A stretch of 63,993 bases of DNA, filler included, from an uncultured bacterium (GTDB lineage: Bacteria > Hinthialibacterota > Hinthialibacteria > Hinthialibacterales > Hinthialibacteraceae), in assembly GCA_964449065.1 (NCBI GenBank). It is 8 parts of 8 records of this genome, joined end to end, with 100 filler letters (N's around TTAATTAATTAA, not from the genome) between each part and the next. Parts side by side here need not be neighbours in the genome. Positions count along the whole stretch, not along the records: positions 57,026 to 63,993 come from CAYVAZ010000279.1; 7 more parts are not named here. One strand, written 5' to 3'. Each line of letters opens with the position of its first letter. Position 1 is the stretch's first letter. Below the pieces are notes generated by a model, which ran no database searches, was not told where the DNA came from, and saw only the letters and a list, made by a program, of their open reading frames with translations. Positions 57,179-63,993 of this stretch are shown here, piece after piece. The translations under genes and the position numbers were made by a program.

Positions 57179-58564
57179 TTACCGCCAGATGGACTTTCCT
57201 AAGATGCCGTTGGAATCCAGCACGAACATCCGTGTGGTTTTGTAATAGTTTCCGTTTCCTGTGGGGGATGGATACTGGCATTCCACATAGCAGGCGGTGT
57301 AGCCGCTTTCGGGCAGATCGAGGATGGCGGTGACTTCCGGGCGGCGGCTGAGACGCTCGATGGGAGTGCTGCTCCACTCTTTATCGCGGAACTCGCGCCG
57401 GGGTGAGGTGGCCGTCCATAGGCGGGCTTCCCGCATCCCGTCTGTGCCTTCCACACGAATATGGAGTTGGTTTTTGATGATCTCGGTTTCCCAGCTTACG
57501 TTGGGGTGCGGCAAACCGTTGACGATGGTGGCATAGTAAGCAGCCAACGCCTGTGTTGCCGCTTTTCGGTCTCCCAAGCCGTGACCCGCGTTGGGGGTGT
57601 AGTGCAGGTATTTTTCGCCCGGCAAATCATCGTAATAAAACTTGATGGCATCAACCGGCCAGTAAGGGTCGTTGGTACCATTGAAGATGAACTTGGGTAT
57701 GGTCAATTTGTCGCGGTACGAATAGGGATCGACCAAGCGGCGCAGTTTCGGCCCGGCGCCTTCATCCATGCGGTCTTGAATTTGCAGGGTGGTGTAATCC
57801 TGAATCATCGGGCTGTAGCTGCCCCAAAACTCGATCTGATAATCCATCTGCGCATCCATGTTGAGCACATCGATGACCATCGGCGCGATAGCAACCACAC
57901 GCTGATCGCTGGCTCCCGTCAGCCATGTCGTCCAGCCGCGCTTCGAGCCGCCGGAGACGACGAAGTGATCGATCTGTTGGCTTAGCTTTTGGAAGGAATA
58001 GTCCTGAATTGCATCCATCGCTTTGACCGCGCTTTTCACCATGGGAAACAGCAGCGGCCAGGTTGGGTCTTCGGTTTTAAGATATTGATCGAAGGTGAAG
58101 GAGATGAGCTCATCTTCGGTTTTATCCACATAGAGGGGTTGATTGGGAACTTGGCGCAACACCGCAACCATGGCATTGGTGGATTTGGCGATGGCTGCAA
58201 AGTGTTGGATTTCTTCGGAGTTCAAATCCTTCCATTTGGGTTGGTTGATCCAGTTGCTGCCGCCGGTGATGTAGAGCAGGCAGTGGCCGTTCTCGGTAAT
58301 TGATTCGGGAACAATAAGGCTGAGTTGGTGCGTCCAGGTGACGCTTTTCCAGGTTTGAGACCGCAGCATGAGATCGTGAACCACAACACCGTCATGTTCC
58401 AGTGTATCTTCCAGAAACCACGCGTACCGGGTTTCGACCTTGGTGAGGTATTGCTCCAATTCATTTTGAGCCATCGCGGGTTTGGTTGCCATAATGCTAA
58501 GGCAAAAAAGGGCAATTATCGTGAATGATTGTAATGTTGATGCCATCCAATTTGAGCGGTACAT
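57179..58564 (-). CDS. PqaA (PhoPQ-activated pathogenicity-related) family alpha/beta hydrolase, secreted
   Basis: SQTW, W.H, VPNQPL, EDELI, PMVK..V.AMD, GGSKRGWTTW, DP.SY, PNAGH. Confidence 0.88.
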   Translation of the reverse strand: MYRSNWMASTLQSFTIIALFCLSIMATKPAMAQNELEQYLTKVETRYAWFLEDTLEHDGVVVHDLMLRSQTWKSVTWTHQLSLIVPESITENGHCLLYITGGSNWINQPKWKDLNSEEIQHFAAIAKSTNAMVAVLRQVPNQPLYVDKTEDELISFTFDQYLKTEDPTWPLLFPMVKSAVKAMDAIQDYSFQKLSQQIDHFVVSGGSKRGWTTWLTGASDQRVVAIAPMVIDVLNMDAQMDYQIEFWGSYSPMIQDYTTLQIQDRMDEGAGPKLRRLVDPYSYRDKLTIPKFIFNGTNDPYWPVDAIKFYYDDLPGEKYLHYTPNAGHGLGDRKAATQALAAYYATIVNGLPHPNVSWETEIIKNQLHIRVEGTDGMREARLWTATSPRREFRDKEWSSTPIERLSRRPEVTAILDLPESGYTACYVECQYPSPTGNGNYYKTTRMFVLDSNGILGKSIWR

Positions 58565-58785
58565 GAAGAATAAACTCCTTCCAACGTGATTCATATAATG
58601 TGTGTTCGGGCATGAGATAACGTTACGGGGAAATGCAGGAAAAATCAAGCTACGCGGGGTGATGTAATTGTTTGCAGACGATGTCCGTAAAGATCAAAAT
58701 GGCAAATCAAATAAAGACGGGGGCATTAACAAACACGCCTACTCTTTCGACTGCCGATTTAATCGTAGCCGGCCATAGAGACAAT

Positions 58786-59460
58786 TCAGTCAACGACCCC
58801 GCTTCCGCGTAACATCAGTTCGCCCGAACTCGCAACCCCATTGGAAGGACTATAAATATGACCATAGCGGATATCCGCTGCCCGAAAATCAAAGGCGGAA
58901 TAAAAGCCGTCCGGGCCGGTGCCGACCATGATAAAATCGCCTTCCGTCAGCGGTTCCCGGCCGAATTGACCTGCAAACATGTTCGAAAGAATAGCGATGC
59001 CATGATCGACTCCCGGATCTTCCGGATCTTCGTCCACATAACCATACGACCTTCTTACTTCAAAGGCAGTCCCTAATTCTTCTTCAAACCGGGGTAAATT
59101 GAGAAAGGGGTCAACCGGGATCGAAGACATGTATGTGACCGGTGTGGTCAACGGTGTGAGAATTTCAAACAAATCAATTTTTCGGCCGGGTCTTCCCCCC
59201 TTACCGTGAAACACGTCTTCGATCCGTTTCTTTGCCCATGGCTGGCTATAGTCCCATAAATCAACCAAAAGTACACCGCGGTCAATCCGGTTCATTTCGG
59301 TTGCTTGCGCCAGCGCTTTTAAATCCGCTAAAGAACGCGCGATTTTGGCTTTGGCCATGGTTTGCAAAAAATTGGGGACTGCAATGGCGGCTAAAATCCC
59401 AATGATGGCAACCACGATAAGCAACTCGATTAAAGTAAACCCCGTCAAACGAGTTTTCAC
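58786..59460 (-). CDS. Prepilin-type N-terminal cleavage/methylation domain protein
   Basis: GGAGG then GTG start; G/FTLIELLIVVAIIGILAAIAVPNF. Confidence 0.9.
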   Translation of the reverse strand: MKTRLTGFTLIELLIVVAIIGILAAIAVPNFLQTMAKAKIARSLADLKALAQATEMNRIDRGVLLVDLWDYSQPWAKKRIEDVFHGKGGRPGRKIDLFEILTPLTTPVTYMSSIPVDPFLNLPRFEEELGTAFEVRRSYGYVDEDPEDPGVDHGIAILSNMFAGQFGREPLTEGDFIMVGTGPDGFYSAFDFRAADIRYGHIYSPSNGVASSGELMLRGSGVVD

Positions 59461-59482
59461 AAAAGCCTCCAAGTTACGTTCA

Positions 59483-61096
59483 CTAAAATAATTGCCAATC
59501 ATTAACCGGCGTCACAAAATCACCAGTCCGTGCTCCGTCTAATGCCGTTCCATCACTAGCTTGCCCATTTAATACACTCTCATTGGTCGGTACAAGATAG
59601 TCTCGCATGGTTTCCGGTGTTAATACCGTTTCTTTGAACCCAAAATTTACACTTTCAATCAAGTTTCCGGAAGAAGAAACTTGAGCATCCGGCGAGACAT
59701 CCGAAAATAGGGCCGCCGCGTTATGGGCTGTTGTATCCACCTCAAAACTCGTATTTAATTCAACCCCTAACAGGGCTTGCGGATGATGAACAAACACTGG
59801 ATTTGTGGGGAGGAGTTCCACTCCGGGGATGGGTAACCCGTTTGCCGTAGGAACACCATTGGTATCAAAAATACAATCACGGTAAATCACTTCAGATGGC
59901 ACCGGTTGGGGGTCGGAGTTTGGATCCCCAATGACGTGAACGATGGGAACGTTAAAGAAGGTGCAATGCTCGAAGGTATATTCACGTGGAGCGAGTCCAC
60001 TTGGATCCGGCACTGCATTTGCATCACCCGCGCTGTTAAAGCGGTATGCGCCCCATACCGCGTTGACCCAAAAGTTTGCAAAGATGCAATTCCGCGCGAT
60101 GAGAGAATCAGCCCGTGTTTCCAATCTTGGGCCTCCGCTGGATGCGGTAAACCGAAAATTAATATCTTCCGGAAATTCTTTCCCAACTACCCATACATGC
60201 TCCCATTCATTTTCGCCATCCCATATATTCACGGGACGTGAACCGTTGCTTCGTAAGAATATAACCGGATTTTCTTCTGTTCCCTTAATAACCGACTTCG
60301 CATAATCACGGTTTTGAACCGTAATGTTGGCTCCATAGGAAAAAACACAGCCTTCCAGAATGGTTAAAACTCCGTTTGGTACGGCGTAATCGAGTCCTTG
60401 ACCGCCGTTTGAGGAAGTTATAGCGATAATTGTGTTTTCCAAAGTGAGATTGGCAAAATCATTCAATTTCCCTGAAAATGGATCAACCGCTTCCGGCTCG
60501 CGAACATGAAAGCTGATACCATCCTCCGGGGGTGTGTTAAAGCTTTCGATTGTTGGATCCTCAAATCCTGTTGTGGTGACAGGTTCATTGTTTGCGTTCG
60601 AATGAGTGATGAGAACATTATCGAAAAACGCGTCCAATGTAGAAGGATTTTCAGCAGTTCCATGGTCTTTAAAGGCAATCATGTCTGCTACATCGGGTTC
60701 AATGGAAAAGTTTTCTGTTGGCAAGAAGATCAAATTTTCAAACCGAATCGTACCGGCCATTTGAATCACAATCCCATCAAATCGTTCTACGGGAAGAAAT
60801 TCTTCACTTAAGTTTGGCTCAATCAATATAATTGGCCGGTTTGCCGGGTCGGTGCCGCGAATGGTGATGTCATCTTCACCAACAATAGTAAATACCTCAC
60901 CGTCACTGTTGGTATTGGTAAAGGTACCCGGCCCGATTTCAATGGTGTCGGCTTCATTATTCGACAAAGCCGCTTCGACGGCATCGCCAATGGAAGTGAA
61001 TCCGCCTGAACCCTCCACGGTTACGGAAAACGTTTCAGAAAATGAATTCAGGCTGCTTAAACAAATTACTCCAATCAAAAAACTGCGGTTAAACAT
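59483..61096 (-). CDS. Secreted acidic pectin-lyase-like (right-handed beta-helix) protein with C-terminal TPVNDWQLF tail
   Basis: Signal peptide, FTSIGDAV...DTIEIGPGTF, ITIRG, FENLIF, LENTII, ARNCIF, FEHCTF, YRDCIF. Confidence 0.75.
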   Translation of the reverse strand: MFNRSFLIGVICLSSLNSFSETFSVTVEGSGGFTSIGDAVEAALSNNEADTIEIGPGTFTNTNSDGEVFTIVGEDDITIRGTDPANRPIILIEPNLSEEFLPVERFDGIVIQMAGTIRFENLIFLPTENFSIEPDVADMIAFKDHGTAENPSTLDAFFDNVLITHSNANNEPVTTTGFEDPTIESFNTPPEDGISFHVREPEAVDPFSGKLNDFANLTLENTIIAITSSNGGQGLDYAVPNGVLTILEGCVFSYGANITVQNRDYAKSVIKGTEENPVIFLRSNGSRPVNIWDGENEWEHVWVVGKEFPEDINFRFTASSGGPRLETRADSLIARNCIFANFWVNAVWGAYRFNSAGDANAVPDPSGLAPREYTFEHCTFFNVPIVHVIGDPNSDPQPVPSEVIYRDCIFDTNGVPTANGLPIPGVELLPTNPVFVHHPQALLGVELNTSFEVDTTAHNAAALFSDVSPDAQVSSSGNLIESVNFGFKETVLTPETMRDYLVPTNESVLNGQASDGTALDGARTGDFVTPVNDWQLF

Positions 61097-61183
61097 TTTA
61101 CTCTCCTTGAGAAATTATACAAATCAATTTATATGTACTATATTTATTTGTTTTGTAAACTCAACCCCTTGTATGTATAAATG

Positions 61184-62899
61184 TCAAACTCTCCACTGAA
61201 CATAGCGAAACCAATAGATAATAATAAGGATGTTGGACAGAAGGTATAAAGCAATAATGATCCAAACACTGAAAGGGATGGGATAGGCATTGTTTGTTTG
61301 TTTTTCAACTGCATTGTTCTCTACCGAAGCGAAGAGGGGGAAGGTATTGTGGTATTGGGTACCATCCCATGATTGGATAATCAATTTCAATGTTTGCGTT
61401 TCTGAATGCGGCTCCGGGATGGTCATTTTGGCGCTGAGATTGATGGTCCCCGTTCCTTTTAAAGGATATTGTTTTTCTTCACCGCCGATTTGAAACCAGG
61501 CTTTTTTGAAATTGGGTATGCTTGATTTTGAACCAGATGCAATTGAAAATGAGTTGGTTTTTCCCGGTGTGTTATTGGGTTGGCTGAAAACATCGACGTT
61601 CCAAGGTCCTACATTTTTTGATCCGAGATGGAGACGTTCTTGGCTTTTTCCGGCACTCATTTGATTATTCGATATGTAGAGAGAAACTGCCGTGAACACG
61701 CTTACCTTCAGCAAAATGATCATGGTGATGGCGAAGGATAAAATGGTCCAAGACCAGCCCCAAAACGACCGTTTGGGTTGCTTGGAAGCCTCAAGGTTAT
61801 TCATCCGAATAAAGTAAATAAAGACCCCCGTTAAAATAGAAATGGAGATCGCCAGACCGAAAAGAAAATAAAGGATTTGGGTGATTAACCCGCCCCATGT
61901 TCCAAAATGAAGAGGATCGGCTGTGTGCACCCACCGGTCCAGCGCGTTCATATCCGCAGCATTTTGTATATCAATCACTTCACCGCTGTAAGGATTGATT
62001 GAGACGGTATTGGCCGCATCCCGAACCAGCAAGGCGTCTGTCTGTCCATAAAAAACAACCGGTTCGTTAATTTGCAAAGGAAAGCGGTACATGGTGATGT
62101 CCAATTCCGGCAGGGCATCTTTTGCGATTTTGTGTAGTTCATGAATCGGAAGCGCTTTTAGGTATGGATCATAAGACGCCATAATCTCATCATCGATATG
62201 GTGGCTTTCAAACGTTTCATAAGTGTTGGTCATTCGCAATATGACTTCGAGGCAATACCAGATTCCTGTGATAGCAAAGATCAGAGAAAATAGGATTGAC
62301 CACACGCCCAAGAGGCGGTGCATATCCGATATCATGGTTCGCAGCCCCATATAAAAACGCAGGACAAACAACCGCTTCCAAAAATTTTTGTAAAAGAGGA
62401 TTCCGGTCACTGCCGAAAACAACAGAAACAATCCGAAGAACCCGACAATAATTACTCCATTTACCGTATAGGGAGTTTCGATGATAAAGAATTGTTTGTG
62501 GAACACACGAAAAAATCGCTGTAGGTTAAAGCCGCTTATTTGTCCTTGAATCTCTCCGGAATAAGGGTTAACGCAATAGACGCGATAATCGTCTAATGAT
62601 GTGCCTGTGTATACCGTCGTCGCGAAACCAGGATGGCGGGGACGAAAAATAGCACCAATGATATCGTTAGGGGCTTCTTTGTTGACTGAGTCTGCAATGG
62701 TTTGAAAATCCAATTCTTCTTTTTCGCTTGGTGTAACCCAAAGAGGCGGGTTGAGGAGCCAATCTATTTCATAACTTAGAGTTGCAATGGTTCCGGAGAA
62801 GCAAATCATGAACAAGATCAGTCCGAAGTTTAACCCCAGCCAACTGTGTATCTTGAAAAGAGATTTATTGTGGAACCAACTCAACTTAACACCAAACAT
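61184..62899 (-). CDS. PepSY-associated TM helix domain protein (iron-regulated membrane reductase-like)
   Basis: IHSWLGL, FSGT, EIDWLLNP, VNPYSG, FH, SAVTG, DMHRLLG, AITG, INPYSG, PLHFG.WGG. Confidence 0.88.
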   Translation of the reverse strand: MFGVKLSWFHNKSLFKIHSWLGLNFGLILFMICFSGTIATLSYEIDWLLNPPLWVTPSEKEELDFQTIADSVNKEAPNDIIGAIFRPRHPGFATTVYTGTSLDDYRVYCVNPYSGEIQGQISGFNLQRFFRVFHKQFFIIETPYTVNGVIIVGFFGLFLLFSAVTGILFYKNFWKRLFVLRFYMGLRTMISDMHRLLGVWSILFSLIFAITGIWYCLEVILRMTNTYETFESHHIDDEIMASYDPYLKALPIHELHKIAKDALPELDITMYRFPLQINEPVVFYGQTDALLVRDAANTVSINPYSGEVIDIQNAADMNALDRWVHTADPLHFGTWGGLITQILYFLFGLAISISILTGVFIYFIRMNNLEASKQPKRSFWGWSWTILSFAITMIILLKVSVFTAVSLYISNNQMSAGKSQERLHLGSKNVGPWNVDVFSQPNNTPGKTNSFSIASGSKSSIPNFKKAWFQIGGEEKQYPLKGTGTINLSAKMTIPEPHSETQTLKLIIQSWDGTQYHNTFPLFASVENNAVEKQTNNAYPIPFSVWIIIALYLLSNILIIIYWFRYVQWRV

Positions 62900-62900
62900 G

Positions 62901-62918
62901 ATATCTATCGATAGATAT
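62901..62918. promoter_or_regulatory. Perfect 18-bp palindrome, candidate operator
   Basis: ATATCTATCGATAGATAT directly upstream of the PepSY-TM gene. Confidence 0.4.
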
Positions 62919-63115
62919 TTATACATATCTAATGATATAAAATTTATATTACGATAAGTATACAAAACTATTTTTGAAAGTAAAGGGTAATAAAAAGATG
63001 GGTTATGCAAGCACTCAACCCATCTTCGTAGATGTTGCTATGTAAATGTGCCGTGTTACGCGGGGTGATGCGGGTGATTCAAAACAAATTTCAGTATTGA
63101 GAGATAGGCGGTCAT

Positions 63116-63382
63116 TCACGACGCTATTTTTTGTTCAATCATCTCGCAAACGACATGCTTAGCAGGCTTTTGCTGCTGCTTTGCGTATGCCCTTAATGCC
63201 ATAATACTTTCTTCGCCAACCTCAATCTGAAAATGCCGTTTTTTTATATCCGTTTGAAATTCAACAGGTTCCAAATGTTCCTTGTAATCTGTCATGCTGT
63301 GCGTATCCCAAAACTCACCGGCTTCTTATTCTGATGAAAATTCATCCGGCAGCGGATCAATATTTTTATCCGTGATTCCCAT
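63116..63382 (-). pseudogene. BrnA/CopG-like antitoxin with a premature stop
   Basis: MGITDKNIDPLPDEFSSE*EAGEFWDTHSMTDY...; TAA at 63326-63328. Confidence 0.8.
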
Positions 63383-63512
63383 AGTATTTCCTTTCCGTTT
63401 TAGTCATGTCGCATCCTGATATCGGTAATATAGTGTTATTCATTTTTTGTATAAAAAACACAATCAAGTAACGGCGATTCGAAATCTGTCCTTGTGCTGA
63501 ATATACGTCATC
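63366..63512 (-). pseudogene. 3' remnant of a BrnT-family toxin
   Basis: DDVYSAQGQISNRRYLIVFFIQK...PISGCDMTKTERKYY; N-terminus absent; overlaps the antitoxin start. Confidence 0.75.
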
Positions 63513-63992
63513 TCATATGATGGATACTAAATTGGGATTGTTGCTGAAATCAATGGATGTTACTTGGTTATATCTGAAATCAATTCTTTGCAATGCTTGA
63601 TTATTCGATACATCGATATGTTGTTATCGAGTTTGAACACTTGGCTGCTGTGAACCTCTTATATCAACCATGAATAATTTTGGATGGTTTGTAAAATCAA
63701 TGGATTCATCTGGATAATTATGAAAAATAAAATGCCCAAGTTCTTTCAAATGAGAAAAATTAAAGCGTTTCAATGAAGTATTCGTTACTATCAACTCCCT
63801 GATATTCAGAGTTTTGGATACATCCAGTGATTCAAACATCTCACCGATTACAACGAGTTCCTTTCATTTCGGTAAAGCAGGTAGTTCAATGGCAACGGGC
63901 GTTTTCGTCGGCGATTCACTTCGTATTTCGATTTCTTCTATGGATTTCAGATGCTGCAATCCCTCAACGTTATGGCTGTTTCGAATTTCCAG
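63513..63992 (-). pseudogene. Leucine-rich repeat protein pseudogene (partial)
   Basis: One frame reads LPALPK*KEL...LDVSKTLNIREL...R*QHIDVSNNQALQRIDFRYNQVTSIDFSNNPNLVSII*, with stops at 63864-63866 and 63624-63626. Confidence 0.7.
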
Positions 63993-63993
63993 C

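Noticed and set aside
63116..63992. In-frame stops as evidence of stop-codon reassignment
   Set aside because: Both TGA and TAA occur, and ordinary genes in the window end in TAA, TAG and TGA normally. Pseudogenisation is simpler.

Overview
This window is not one locus. It is eight unrelated contigs of about 8 kb from a draft or metagenome-assembled bacterial genome (GC roughly 45-50%, by eye). They are joined by 100-nt spacers that contain the six-frame-stop linker TTAATTAATTAA and are sorted by decreasing length (8096, 8058, 8040, 8031, 8006, 7992 bp for the complete ones). Gene-neighbourhood arguments are therefore valid only within a contig. The pilin-like N-termini, Tat-exported sulfatases and oxidoreductase, and C-terminal V-x-[DN]-W-x-L-[FH] tails suggest a Sumerlaeota/Ca. 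Hinthialibacterota-like diderm heterotroph (inference only). Housekeeping genes include pheT, zapB, zapA, ybaB, recR, tatA and ricT. Carbohydrate and envelope genes include GH172, DUF1080, Gfo/Idh/MocA, two sulfatases, GT4, two GT-C proteins and a GT26-phosphoglycosyltransferase fusion. There are four intact type II toxin-antitoxin pairs, one decayed BrnT/BrnA pair, an Rpn gene with a likely internal antitoxin start, three tandem Uma2 nucleases, and many REP/MITE-like palindromic repeats. The best candidates for new biology are four. (1) A shared C-terminal aromatic tail on unrelated secreted proteins, one in an operon with an orphan pseudopilin, which may be an undescribed sorting or surface-display system. 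(2) A porin plus a cytochrome with at least 10 hemes. (3) Adjacent secreted pseudo-enzymes: an HtrA with its whole catalytic triad replaced and a GH172-like protein lacking both catalytic Glu motifs. (4) Modular miniature elements whose terminal shells carry interchangeable palindromic cores. No rRNA, tRNA or CRISPR array was recognised.
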